Source: Eubacteriales Family XIII. Incertae Sedis bacterium (lineage in GTDB: Bacteria > Bacillota > Clostridia > Peptostreptococcales > Anaerovoracaceae). Taken from it: 64,000 nucleotides of DNA. The position numbers and the translations under genes were made by a program. Below are positions 37,723 to 47,334 of this stretch, piece after piece (position 1 is the stretch's first letter; the number at the start of each line of letters is the position of its first letter). Where the stretch lies: the NCBI GenBank assembly GCA_031261395.1, contig JAISJT010000004.1, positions 8,675 to 72,674 of the forward strand. Reading direction: 5' to 3'. The notes beneath the pieces were generated by a model. It saw only the letters and a program-made list of their open reading frames with translations, searched no databases and was not told where the DNA came from.

Positions 37723-38778
37723 TCATTCGCTCAGCAGCAGGATGTCCTCCGGGCGTACGGTGAAAGCGCATTGTTCGTCGATTTTCACGCTTCGGTCTGT
37801 GATCCACCAGATTTCATTGGGATTGCCAACGCTCGCCGGGCCGATTGCCCGCACAATAACATCTTTTTCGAAAGGTCCTTCGATGACGTCGACGACTTCG
37901 ACGGCAAATGTGTTTTTGCCTTCCGCCGCGCTCCGGGGCAGGGGCGAAAAATCATGGGCGCGTATGCCGGCATACGTATGAGCATCCGAAAGAGGCTCTG
38001 CCGCTTCGAGGGCAATCCCCCAGTCGAGCGCAAGGAAAGAACGTTCGCCTGTTCTTTCAATGCGCGAAATATTTTTGCAGCCGGTGATCCTTGCCGTCCT
38101 CGCATTTTCCGGATGGGCGAAGACCTCTTGCACCGTACCCTCGGCAACCGGGCGGCCATCGTCAAGTATGACCAAACGGTCGGCAATCTTGTAGGCCTCG
38201 TCGCGGCTGTGGGTGACAAGGACGACATCGCCGTCATACCCACGGATGATGCGCTTGAGTTCGGCCTGCATGTTTTCGCGAAGAAAGGTGTCCAGCGCAG
38301 AAAACGGCTCATCGAGCAACAAGACCGCAGGCTCATACGCAAAGATGCGCGCGAGGGCGGCCCGCTGCTGTTGTCCGCCGGAAAGTTGTACGGGGTATTT
38401 GTCAGCTTGTTCCTCGAGTTCATACCGCGCGAGCAAAGCCGTGACGGCGGCGCCCCGTGTCTCAGCCGAGCCGCGATAGGCGACCGCGATATTTTGCCGG
38501 ATGGTCATATTGGGGAAGAGCGCATAGTTTTGAAACAAATAGCCTACTTCCCGCCGCTGAGGTTTCAAATCGATCCCCGCCGCAGAGTCAAACAGCATGC
38601 GCCCGTTCGCCGTGATGACGCCTTCGTCCGGAGAGATCAGCCCGGCGATGCATTTGAGCGTCATGCTCTTCCCGCTGCCGGACGCGCCCAGCAAAGCCAG
38701 CGTCCCGTCGCCGGACGAGAAACAAACCTCCAGCGTGAACCCCTTGTACCGTTTCTTTATATCAACACGCAAACTCAT
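37723..38778 (-). CDS. modC: Molybdate ABC transporter ATPase
   Basis: GASGSGKS, FQNYALFP, LSGGQQQR, LLDEPFSALD; downstream of modAB. Confidence 0.88.
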   Translation of the reverse strand: MSLRVDIKKRYKGFTLEVCFSSGDGTLALLGASGSGKSMTLKCIAGLISPDEGVITANGRMLFDSAAGIDLKPQRREVGYLFQNYALFPNMTIRQNIAVAYRGSAETRGAAVTALLARYELEEQADKYPVQLSGGQQQRAALARIFAYEPAVLLLDEPFSALDTFLRENMQAELKRIIRGYDGDVVLVTHSRDEAYKIADRLVILDDGRPVAEGTVQEVFAHPENARTARITGCKNISRIERTGERSFLALDWGIALEAAEPLSDAHTYAGIRAHDFSPLPRSAAEGKNTFAVEVVDVIEGPFEKDVIVRAIGPASVGNPNEIWWITDRSVKIDEQCAFTVRPEDILLLSE

Positions 38779-38782
38779 CGCG

Positions 38783-39463
38783 TCACCTTGTCTTTAGCCG
38801 GTACTTGCCGGATCTGCTCTCGGCAAATACGCCGATGCTGAGGACGAACACGAAGGAGACGGCGACGAGGATGATGACATAGCCGTACGCCTCATCCGCA
38901 CGCCCGCCCATGACAGCCGAATAGATCGCCAGCGGCATCGTGCGCGAAACGCCCGCGATATTCCCCGCTATCATCGCCGTCGCGCCGAACTCGCCGAGCC
39001 CGCGCGAAAACGAAAGAATGCCGCCCGAGGTAAGGCCGGGGGCGGCGAGAGGAAATAGGATCTTGTAAACGATTTTCAATTCCGATAAGCCGATCGTCCG
39101 CGCGGCCTCGAGGATCATCGGATCCACCTGGTCGAAGGCGGCTCTTGCCGAACGATACATGAACGGCAGGGAGATCACGACGGCGGCCAGCACGGTTGCC
39201 GGCCAGGAGAACACCAATTTTGCGCCCATCTCGGCGAGCAGATGCCCGATCGGCCGGTTGACGCCGAAGATGTACAGCAGGAAAAATCCCGCGACAGTCG
39301 GCGGCAACACGAGTGGCAGCGTCAGGATCGTATCAACGATCACCTTCACATTTTCACGCCGCGAGCGGCAAACCACATAGGCCAGAAAGGTGCCGATCAC
39401 GAAGGTAAACGCGATCGCGACCGTAGCCGTCTTGAGGGATATCAGTATCGGAGTAATGACCAT
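38783..39463 (-). CDS. modB: Molybdate ABC transporter permease
   Basis: LPLVLPPTVAGF, FSWPATV, RGLGEFGAT, AGNIAG, TMPLAIY. Confidence 0.95.
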   Translation of the reverse strand: MVITPILISLKTATVAIAFTFVIGTFLAYVVCRSRRENVKVIVDTILTLPLVLPPTVAGFFLLYIFGVNRPIGHLLAEMGAKLVFSWPATVLAAVVISLPFMYRSARAAFDQVDPMILEAARTIGLSELKIVYKILFPLAAPGLTSGGILSFSRGLGEFGATAMIAGNIAGVSRTMPLAIYSAVMGGRADEAYGYVIILVAVSFVFVLSIGVFAESRSGKYRLKTR

Positions 39464-39489
39464 CCCAGTATTATACCAAAGAAGTTTTT

Positions 39490-40362
39490 TTATGCAGCCT
39501 TAAATCCGTATTGTTCAAAGACTGCGAGCGCTTCGGGGCTCTGCAGGAAGTCAAAGAAGGCCTGCGACGCTTCCGCTTTGTCGGCCGCGATGTCCGCCTG
39601 CAAACCAACAGGATAGACAACCGGTGTTTCCATGGTATCAGGAGAAGCCACCGCAATAATTTTCACTTTGTCCGTCATGCTCGCCGCATCCGTCGCGTAC
39701 ACGATGCCGACTTCCGCGCTGCCCTCGGCAACCTGATTCAGCACTTCCGTGACATTCGTGCCAAGGCTCGCGCTCTTTTCGACCGCAGCCCACGAGCCAA
39801 GGGTCGTCAGCACTTCCTGTGCATACTGGCCGGCCGGCACGCTGGCCGGATCGCCGATAGCGATGCTCGCCGCATCTGTGATATTTTCAAAACCCGTGAC
39901 CGTAGTCTCGGTATCTATGCCCGTAATCAGAACCACTTCGTTCTCGAGCAGGTCCACAACGCTTGCCGCATCAATGAAACCGCCGTCTGCGAGCGCCGTC
40001 ATTTGCTTTGTCGCCGCAGAGAAGAATATCTGTGCGTCAAGCCCTTCTTCTATCTGTGTCTGTAGTTTGCCCGACGAGTCGTAGGTTCCCGTCACGGTAA
40101 CGCCGGGATTTGACGCGGCAAACAAGGGGATGAGGTCGCCCTCAAATGCGTTCTGAAGACTTGCCGCCGCCGCGATCATGATGTCGCCGGTGATGGCCGG
40201 GGCTTCCGGCTCGGGCTCGGGCTCAGGCTCAGGGGCAGGCTCTGCCGCAGGTGCCGGTTCCGGCGCGGGCGCGGGCTCAGGCGTATTGCTGCCGCAGCCG
40301 GCGAGCAGACCCATCACCATGAGCAGGGTCAACAGAATTGCAATTAATTTTGTTTTTTTCAT
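39490..40362 (-). CDS. modA: Molybdate-binding lipoprotein
   Basis: Lipobox LAGC, PE-rich linker, AAASL, SSGKLQTQIEEG, VPAGQYA, GIVYATDA. Confidence 0.95.
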   Translation of the reverse strand: MKKTKLIAILLTLLMVMGLLAGCGSNTPEPAPAPEPAPAAEPAPEPEPEPEPEAPAITGDIMIAAAASLQNAFEGDLIPLFAASNPGVTVTGTYDSSGKLQTQIEEGLDAQIFFSAATKQMTALADGGFIDAASVVDLLENEVVLITGIDTETTVTGFENITDAASIAIGDPASVPAGQYAQEVLTTLGSWAAVEKSASLGTNVTEVLNQVAEGSAEVGIVYATDAASMTDKVKIIAVASPDTMETPVVYPVGLQADIAADKAEASQAFFDFLQSPEALAVFEQYGFKAA

Positions 40363-40385
40363 TTTGTTTGTACTCCTTTGTTTGG

Positions 40386-40411
40386 CGGCTGTATACCGCC
40401 TCTACAACGAT
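40386..40411. promoter_or_regulatory. Possible ModE-like operator upstream of modA
   Basis: Imperfect palindrome on minus strand atCGTTGTAgaggcggtaTACAGCCG, just upstream of the SD. Confidence 0.35.
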
Positions 40412-40488
40412 TTCCGATTTCGAACTTTTCTAATATACAGGAAATGATGGTGGATGTACGTTGCCTCGGCAACATTTTGAAAACTTTT

Positions 40489-40564
40489 TGGATCCCGGGT
40501 CGGCGCCCGGGATGACAGGGGGGCGGCTTCGCTCGGGATGACAGGGGCTTTGCTTGGGATGACA
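40489..40564. repeat. Intergenic TGTCAT palindrome plus two partial copies
   Basis: tggatcccgggtcggcgcccgggatgaca 40489-40517, then gggatgaca ending at 40543 and 40564. Confidence 0.9.
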
Positions 40565-40571
40565 GGGGGGG

Positions 40572-41591
40572 CTATAGCGCTCCGAAGCCGCAGGCCGGCC
40601 AGATGCAGTGTTCGCAGCTCAGGCAGAGACCGCCGGCCGCCAAGTCTGCTATATCTTTTTTCGTGACCGGCATACCGGCCATGACGCGCGGCAGGATCAG
40701 GTCGAGAATCGTGACTTTGGAGTGCATGACGCAGCCCGGCAAACCGAGGATCACCTTGTCTCCGAGATACGACGCTAAGAACATAGCGCCGGGCAGAACC
40801 GGCGCGCCGTAGGAAACGATGTCGGCTCCGGTATTCCTGATAGCCAAAGGCGTGCGGTCGTCGGGATCGACGCTCATGCCGCCCGTGACAAAGATCACGT
40901 CGGCCCCGTTTTCGGCCATGCGCAGGATAGCGCCCGTCGCCATGTCGGGATTGTCCGGCACGGTGACATGGCCGACTTCTTCCGTATCAAACGCTTCGAG
41001 TTTTTTCCTGACGACCGGCGTGAAACCGTCTTCGATCAGTCCTTCAAAGACCTCGCCGCCCGTCGTGACGATCGCGACCTTCTTGTGAATATAGGGAAGA
41101 ATGGTCAGGACAGAGCCGCCGTCCGCTGCCGCGCAGACCGCATCCATCTTTGTCTTTTCTATTGCGAGCGGGATGATGCGCGTGCCCGCCAATTTGTCAC
41201 CCTTGCGAACAGGCGACAAATCATGGCGCGTGGCGACCATGACATAATCAAATCCGTTGAGGACGGCAAGGCGTTCCTTGTCAACGCGCAGCACTCCATC
41301 AACATCCGCGAATACTTCGATCTTTCCTTCGGAGACGCCGCTGCGCACCATGCCGTCCTGCGCGACCAAATCCGCAAGAACCGCAGCCGCATCGTTTTCG
41401 TGAAGCATGGCGCCGTCGTTTTCCCACACATAGAGGTGAGACTTGCCGACCTTTAGAAGCTCAGGCACGTCTTCCGCGCGCACAACATGACCCTTCTTGA
41501 AGGCCACTTCTTTGACTTTGCCGGGGATGATCCGCGTGATGTCGTGGGAAATGATACATCCCACGGCATCCTGCGTTCTTATTTCCTTCAA
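40572..41591 (-). CDS. Molybdopterin-binding (MoeA-like) protein
   Basis: HDITRIIPG, FKKGH, HENDAA, TRIIPL, TGGMSVDPDDRTP, YGAPVLPGAM, GLPGC, C-terminal CxxCxxCxxPxC. Confidence 0.88.
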   Translation of the reverse strand: MKEIRTQDAVGCIISHDITRIIPGKVKEVAFKKGHVVRAEDVPELLKVGKSHLYVWENDGAMLHENDAAAVLADLVAQDGMVRSGVSEGKIEVFADVDGVLRVDKERLAVLNGFDYVMVATRHDLSPVRKGDKLAGTRIIPLAIEKTKMDAVCAAADGGSVLTILPYIHKKVAIVTTGGEVFEGLIEDGFTPVVRKKLEAFDTEEVGHVTVPDNPDMATGAILRMAENGADVIFVTGGMSVDPDDRTPLAIRNTGADIVSYGAPVLPGAMFLASYLGDKVILGLPGCVMHSKVTILDLILPRVMAGMPVTKKDIADLAAGGLCLSCEHCIWPACGFGAL

Positions 41592-41598
41592 CTTTTCT

Positions 41599-42810
41599 TC
41601 ATTCGCCCTTTAGAAAACCGGGGATCGCGAAGTCGTTTTCACCGCCTGATTCGCTATAATCACCGCCCTGGAAAGGCGTGCGCTCAGGTTCGTACTCTTC
41701 GTAGCCGTCTTCTATGGGTGCGCCTTCACCGGGCGCCGTATAGACCTTTGTGGTTTGGTCAAAGCCGTCAAGCATACCGGACGGAGGACGGAAGCCTTCA
41801 TCCTGTACCTGGACCTGGACGGGAGCAGAGCCGCCGCCGTCATTTCCTTCGAAGCCTGTCGCGATCACAGTGATGACGATCTCATCGCCAAGCGACGGTT
41901 CGATCGACATGCCGATCCTGACATCCGCCTCGCCGTCCGCCTCGGACTCGATCATGTCGGCCGCCTCGGAAAATTCGAGCATTCCCATATCTTCATTGCC
42001 CGCGATACGCAGCAGGATATGCTTTGCGCCCGCCACCGTCGTATCTAAAAGCGGACTGTTGATGGCCGCCTTGACAGCCTCTTTGACGCGGTTTTCGCCT
42101 TTGCCGCGGCCGATGCCCATATGGGCAACACCCTGGCGGTTCATGACGGACTTGACGTCCGCGAAATCTACATTGATAAAGCCTGCGCCCGTGATGATCT
42201 CCGTGATACCCTGCACGCCGTCCTTGAGGATCTCGTTGGCCAGATTGAGCGCATCGATCATCTTCGTGCTCTGGTCGGACAGGAGCAGGAGCTTGTCATT
42301 GGGTATGATGACGAGGGAATCGACGTACTGCTTGAGATATTCGATACCCTGCTCGGCAAATGCCCGCCGTTTCTTTGCCTCGAAACTGAAGGGCTTGGTC
42401 ACGATGGCGATCGTCAATACGCCAAGCTCACGCGCGATCTTCGCCACAACAGGAGCCGCGCCGGTGCCCGTACCGCCGCCCATGCCGGCCGTGATAAAGA
42501 GCATGTCCGCGCCGCGGATCGCATTTTCGATCTCCTGCTGGTTTTCCTCGGCCGCCAAAAGGCCGACCTCCGGATTGCCGCCGGCGCCAAGTCCGCCCGT
42601 TGCCTTTTGACCGATCTGCAGTTTGACCTCTGCGTTGGACTTCTGATCGAGGTCCTGCTTGTCGGTGTTGACTGCGATATACTCAACGCCCTTGATGTCG
42701 CATTCGATCATGCGATTCACTGCGTTGCCGCCGCCGCCGCCTACTCCGACGACAATGATATTTGCGATGTTGGATTCACCCGGTACGAGTATTATGCCGT
42801 CTTGCAACAT
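41599..42810 (-). CDS. ftsZ: Cell division protein FtsZ
   Basis: GVGGGGGNAVNRM, GMGGGTGTGAAP, INVDFADV, C-terminal IPGFL. Confidence 0.98.
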   Translation of the reverse strand: MLQDGIILVPGESNIANIIVVGVGGGGGNAVNRMIECDIKGVEYIAVNTDKQDLDQKSNAEVKLQIGQKATGGLGAGGNPEVGLLAAEENQQEIENAIRGADMLFITAGMGGGTGTGAAPVVAKIARELGVLTIAIVTKPFSFEAKKRRAFAEQGIEYLKQYVDSLVIIPNDKLLLLSDQSTKMIDALNLANEILKDGVQGITEIITGAGFINVDFADVKSVMNRQGVAHMGIGRGKGENRVKEAVKAAINSPLLDTTVAGAKHILLRIAGNEDMGMLEFSEAADMIESEADGEADVRIGMSIEPSLGDEIVITVIATGFEGNDGGGSAPVQVQVQDEGFRPPSGMLDGFDQTTKVYTAPGEGAPIEDGYEEYEPERTPFQGGDYSESGGENDFAIPGFLKGE

Positions 42811-42892
42811 GGTTTAAATTCCTCCTTCATGATACTTCTTGAGACAGTATATCATACGACGACGCGATTGTTGCAAGTTAATTGCAATGAAA

Positions 42893-43741
42893 TTATTCAC
42901 TTTCCGGAAGACTTTCCGGAAGACTTTCCGAACTTGCAGGATCTTCCGGCGAGGTTTCGGCGACTGCCGCATCCAAAGCCGCAGGATCATCCGGGGTGAA
43001 CGAGCAGGCCCCGGTGTTTGTCACGTTGATTTTGCCGCGTTCGATGCCCTTGCCAAGCAAATCGGCGACCACTTTTTTCAGCTCATCGATGTTGTCTTCG
43101 ATATCCTTCAAACTTCCTTCTATATATAGTGTATCGAGAATATAGGCCCGCGGCACGACAGCGGTGACGTCAAGGCGCTCAGCGAAAAAATCATGCAGGC
43201 TCATCAGCTGGAAAAAATCGAGACTCGGCTTCAGCAAATCCGCCTCGTTCACCTTGAGGGGCTGCCCGGGAACCGGCGCTTGCGGCGTCAATCCGACGAC
43301 GAGCGGCAATTTGCTTCCCGCCTCGTCCGCGCGCAGGATGGTCCCGTCAAAATTGAGCACCAACACAGACTCTCCCGAAGCGACCAACACTTCCTCTGTA
43401 CGCTCGTCCAAAGAGATGGCGATGGCGTCCGGCAGATCCCATTTCGCCTGCGCCGACCGCACGTAGGGATCGGTTTCAAGGCGTTCTTCGATCTGCGAAA
43501 CGCGCACAGTGAAGATATTTTTGCCCTTTGGAACCCCTGCAAGCTCGATGACCTGCGCCGTCGTAAAATGCGCATTGCCCTCAACGGAAAAATTCTTGAC
43601 GTCGAAAATCGAAGACGTGCCGAGCAGGTAGAGCCCCGCGATGATGAGGACCACGATGAAGATATTGAGGAAGAAATGCTGCTTCCTCCGTTTGCCGCGC
43701 GCCGGCCTGCGCCTATGCGAAGTTTGTTCCGAATAACTCAT
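42893..43741 (-). CDS. ftsQ: FtsQ/DivIB (POTRA) cell division protein
   Basis: Basic N-terminus, TM, FDVKNFSVEGN, NIF, PYV, LPDAI..ER; position between murG and ftsZ. Confidence 0.85.
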   Translation of the reverse strand: MSYSEQTSHRRRPARGKRRKQHFFLNIFIVVLIIAGLYLLGTSSIFDVKNFSVEGNAHFTTAQVIELAGVPKGKNIFTVRVSQIEERLETDPYVRSAQAKWDLPDAIAISLDERTEEVLVASGESVLVLNFDGTILRADEAGSKLPLVVGLTPQAPVPGQPLKVNEADLLKPSLDFFQLMSLHDFFAERLDVTAVVPRAYILDTLYIEGSLKDIEDNIDELKKVVADLLGKGIERGKINVTNTGACSFTPDDPAALDAAVAETSPEDPASSESLPESLPESE

Positions 43742-44825
43742 CTACGATCACTTTCACTGCGTCCGGTTTTGCACCGCGCTTCGCCGCCTCGCCCATTGCA
43801 CGGAGTTTGCCGGGGTCGCCCGCAAGCTCTTCGATCTTTTCGGCAAGTCCGCCGTCTGCGATTTCACTTTCGTCCAAAATCAAAGCCGCCCCCAAATCCT
43901 CAAGCGCTTTTGCATTGTATAATTGATGGTTGCCTACGACGTTTGGCGAGGGGATCAGGATTGACGCCCTGCCGGCTGCGGCCACCTCGCTGACAGTCAG
44001 TGCGCCGGCCCGTGAGACGATTAAATCAGCGGCTGAATAGTACCGCGAGATCGGGTCTGCGTAGTCCATGACGTGTACAGAGTCCATGGATCCCGGGTCG
44101 GCGCCCGGGATGACAAGCGCCGCAAGCACTTCGTCGTAAAGCTGCGGGCCTGTCGCGAAGAGGATAGTGTACCCCTTTCCGCCGCCTAATTTTTTGATCA
44201 CATCGATAGCCGCCTCGTTGATACGGGATGCGCCCTGACTGCCGCCAAAGATGAATACCGCCGTATTGCCCTCGGGTATGCCGAGATCGGCCCGCGCCTC
44301 TTCACGGTCAAGCGCAAAAAATTCCGCACGCACGGGATTGCCGCTGACCACGATTTTGTCCTTTTCTTTGAAATGCTCGGCCGCCTCGGGGAAGGCGACA
44401 AAGACGCGGTCTGCATACCGCTCAGCCAGGCGGTTGGCCAAGCCGGGCAGCACGTTTTGCTCCTGAATCACGGCCTGGATACCCTGTTTCCGGGCGGCGC
44501 GAATGACGGGTCCTGCCACATGCCCACCTGTTCCCATGACAATGTCGGGGCGAAAATCCCTGAAGATTTTCTTGATTTGCCGCGAGGAGCGAACAAGACT
44601 CCGCAGTGTGGAAATATTATTAAAGGGATTTCGGCGGTCAAATCCCTGCGCGTCGATGAAGGTCTGTGCGTATCCGTAACGGCCGACGATATCCTTGCCG
44701 ATCTCCCAGCTTGCAGAGACAAACAAAATCTCCGCGTCCGGGTCGCGCGCGCGGACTTCTGCGGCGATCGCGAGCGCCGGGTAGATATGCCCGCCTGTGG
44801 ATGAACTGGCCAAGAGCAATCTCAT
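43713..44825 (-). CDS. murG: MurG glycosyltransferase with an in-frame palindrome
   Basis: TGGHIYPALA, QEQNVLPGLAN, GNPVR, GGSQGA, SRAGALTVSE, HQLYNA; ATG overlaps ftsW TGA. Confidence 0.95.
   Translation of the reverse strand: MRLLLASSSTGGHIYPALAIAAEVRARDPDAEILFVSASWEIGKDIVGRYGYAQTFIDAQGFDRRNPFNNISTLRSLVRSSRQIKKIFRDFRPDIVMGTGGHVAGPVIRAARKQGIQAVIQEQNVLPGLANRLAERYADRVFVAFPEAAEHFKEKDKIVVSGNPVRAEFFALDREEARADLGIPEGNTAVFIFGGSQGASRINEAAIDVIKKLGGGKGYTILFATGPQLYDEVLAALVIPGADPGSMDSVHVMDYADPISRYYSAADLIVSRAGALTVSEVAAAGRASILIPSPNVVGNHQLYNAKALEDLGAALILDESEIADGGLAEKIEELAGDPGKLRAMGEAAKRGAKPDAVKVIVDELFGTNFA
44087..44115. repeat. TGTCAT palindrome inside murG
   Basis: 29 bp identical to intergenic 40489-40517; encodes VIPGADPGS. 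Confidence 0.92.
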
Positions 44826-45934
44826 CTTGTCCTCCCCCCGAGTCCTTTGGAAATATTCAGCATGACGCCGATGAGCAGCATAAATAGCACGATGGCATTG
44901 CCGCCGTAACTCACAAAGGGAAGGATGACTCCCGTCGGCGGAATCATCGAGGTCACGACTGCGATATTCAATATGGACTGCAAGGCAAAGATACAGGCGA
45001 TGCCGCCGCCGAGCAGCGTCCCGAAACGATCCTTCGCGCGCATCGCGATGATCAGACAGCGCCAAATCAGCACGATATAGGCAAAGATCAAAAGGATGCA
45101 GCCGACAAAGCCGGTTTCCTCGCCAATGATGGCAAAGATAAAGTCGTTTTGCGCCTCGGGCAGCCACAGCGCTTTTTCAACGCTGTTGCCGAGCCCAACG
45201 CCGACAAGTCCGCCTGAGCCGAGGGCCAAAAGACCCTGCACCGTCTGATAAAATTCGCCCTGAGCATCCGCAAACGGGTCAAGAAATCCGGCGATTCGCG
45301 CCGAGTGTTCGCCTTGCTCCGACTGGATCGAATTCCAAACGAGGAGGCCGCCGAGCACGCCAGCGCCAAGGATATAGCCGACCGGAACGCCCGCCAGGAA
45401 TATCATCGCAACCATCGTCAGGACGATGATGAGAGCTGTCGAAAGATTTGGCTCCTTGTAAATCAGAACGAAGTAAACGGCGACCACGACGATCACCGGC
45501 AAAAACCCGCGTATGAGCTGTTTGGTCTTGTCCGCATACTTTGTATAGAACCAGGCAACGAAGACGATGGCGGCAAATTTCGCAAACTCGCCCGGCATGA
45601 AGGTGTATTCGCCAAAGCCAAGCCAGCGCGTGGCGCCGCCGCGCACTTGCCCAACGCCCGGGATATATAGGATAGCGAGCAAAAAGAGAGAGAGCCCCGT
45701 GATGGCCGGCGCGAGCACGTAATACGCGCGGTAAGGGATGAAGGAAGCGATGGTCATGACGACCGCGCCGACGATGGCCCAGCGGATCGAGAGCAGCAAA
45801 TATTGATAGGGGCCTTTGTTGCCGCTGATAGTGCTGTAATAGCTCGCGCTAAAGACCATGATCACGCCGAAGAGGGTCAGACAGATGACGACGATCAGGA
45901 GGATCGCATCGACGGGACGCCGTTCCTCATTCAT
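44822..45934 (-). CDS. ftsW: FtsW (SEDS) peptidoglycan polymerase
   Basis: GVIMVFSAS, GATRWL, PGEFAK, EPNLST, LPEAQNDFIFAIIGEE, PPTGVILPFVSYGG. Confidence 0.93.
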   Translation of the reverse strand: MNEERRPVDAILLIVVICLTLFGVIMVFSASYYSTISGNKGPYQYLLLSIRWAIVGAVVMTIASFIPYRAYYVLAPAITGLSLFLLAILYIPGVGQVRGGATRWLGFGEYTFMPGEFAKFAAIVFVAWFYTKYADKTKQLIRGFLPVIVVVAVYFVLIYKEPNLSTALIIVLTMVAMIFLAGVPVGYILGAGVLGGLLVWNSIQSEQGEHSARIAGFLDPFADAQGEFYQTVQGLLALGSGGLVGVGLGNSVEKALWLPEAQNDFIFAIIGEETGFVGCILLIFAYIVLIWRCLIIAMRAKDRFGTLLGGGIACIFALQSILNIAVVTSMIPPTGVILPFVSYGGNAIVLFMLLIGVMLNISKGLGGRTR

Positions 45935-47312
45935 CGGCCGTCTCCTTGAGCGCTTCGGCCAGCCGGCGGAAATCGTCTCCGCGTTCTTCGAAATTTTCGT
46001 ACATATCCCAGCTGGCGCAGGCCGGCGACAATAGGACTGTGTCGCCGGGGGCGGCGGCTTTGCGGGCTTTTTGTACGGCTTCGTTCATATCCGAGGCCGT
46101 ATCAATACACTTGATGCCGGCTGATTCGGCGGCCGCGCGGATTTTTGGCGCGGTCACGCCCATGACTATCAGAACCTTCACGCGGTCTTTGGCGGCCGCC
46201 GCGTACGACGCGAAATCGGCGCCTTTGTCGTAGCCTCCCGCGATGAGGATGATATCTTTTCCTACTGCTTCGAGAGCTTTGATCGCGGCGTCGGGATTGG
46301 TGCCTTTCGAATCGTTCACAAAGCGGATACCATCAATTGTTGTGACGTGTTCGAGGCGATGCGCCACGCCCCGGAAGCGCCGGAGCGTACCTGCGATCAC
46401 ATCCGCGCTGATACCGGCGCAGAGCGCCACTGCCGCAGCGGCCAGTGCGTTTTCCAAGTTGTGTGCGCCGGGGATCGCCACTTCGTCCGCGGCGAGGATA
46501 TCGGTCTGCGTACCGGTCTCGTCCACGTAGACGAGGCGCCCTTCCGCCGCGTGCAGGCCAAACGGCAGCGCCCGCGTCCGGCTGAACGGGACATTCGTCG
46601 CGCCGCTTCGCTGCGCCAGCGCCGCGACCGCCGCGTCATCCGCATTGTATACAAAAAAGTCCCCTTTGCTTTGGTTCGCGAAGATGCGCGCCTTTGCTTC
46701 GGCGTAGTTTTCGAAAGTCTTGTGGCGGTCTAAGTGATCCGGCGTGAGATTTAGCAGCGCCGAGATACGGGGGCGGAAGGCCTGTGTCGTTTCGAGCTGA
46801 AAACTGCTGACTTCTGTGACGAGCCAGGTGTCGTCCGTCGCACGCAGGGCTTCCGTCACTACGGCGTTGCCGATATTGCCCGCCACCACGGCGTCAAGTC
46901 CGGCGTCCTTGAAAATTTCATAGACCAGCGTAGTGGTCGTCGTCTTGCCGTTCGTGCCGGTGATCGCGGCGTATTTGCCGTGACCGAGCAGATACGACAG
47001 TTCGAGTTCGCCGATGAGCTGTGCGCCTCGCGCAGCCGCCGTTTGCAGAAAGGGAAGATCCGGCGGAACACCCGGGCTAAGGATCACGTAGTCCCAGGTC
47101 ACATCGGGCGCCGGTCTGCCTGCCAGATAGGCGTAGGCGTCTGCCGCGGTCAGCCTTTCGTAGAATTCGGGATCCGTTTTGGCGATATCCTTCGCGTCAT
47201 AGACAGCCGGCACCGCGCCAAGGCCGGCCAAAGCGTCAAAGGCGGCCTGCCCCGAAATGCCGAGACCTACGATCAGAATTTTCTTGTTGAGAAATACCAC
47301 GGGTTCGCTCAT
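45927..47312 (-). CDS. murD: UDP-MurNAc-L-Ala-D-Glu ligase
   Basis: GLGISG, SPGVP, TGTNGKTTTT, EVSSFQLE, DHLDRH, NDSKGTN, LSPACASWD; alternative TTG start at 47342. Confidence 0.96.
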   Translation of the reverse strand: MSEPVVFLNKKILIVGLGISGQAAFDALAGLGAVPAVYDAKDIAKTDPEFYERLTAADAYAYLAGRPAPDVTWDYVILSPGVPPDLPFLQTAAARGAQLIGELELSYLLGHGKYAAITGTNGKTTTTTLVYEIFKDAGLDAVVAGNIGNAVVTEALRATDDTWLVTEVSSFQLETTQAFRPRISALLNLTPDHLDRHKTFENYAEAKARIFANQSKGDFFVYNADDAAVAALAQRSGATNVPFSRTRALPFGLHAAEGRLVYVDETGTQTDILAADEVAIPGAHNLENALAAAAVALCAGISADVIAGTLRRFRGVAHRLEHVTTIDGIRFVNDSKGTNPDAAIKALEAVGKDIILIAGGYDKGADFASYAAAAKDRVKVLIVMGVTAPKIRAAAESAGIKCIDTASDMNEAVQKARKAAAPGDTVLLSPACASWDMYENFEERGDDFRRLAEALKETADE

Positions 47313-47334
47313 GATGCTCTTATTATTTCCCTGT

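Noticed and set aside
40363-40488. Moco riboswitch upstream of modA
   Set aside because: No recognisable conserved multi-stem motif; only a weak operator-like palindrome
42899-42932. 12-bp tandem repeat at ftsQ 3' end (ESLP units)
   Set aside because: Ordinary low-complexity tail, unrelated to the palindrome family
44826-45167. Apparent N-terminal extension of MurG
   Set aside because: Alternate frame within ftsW; MurG motif starts at ATG 44825 overlapping the ftsW stop
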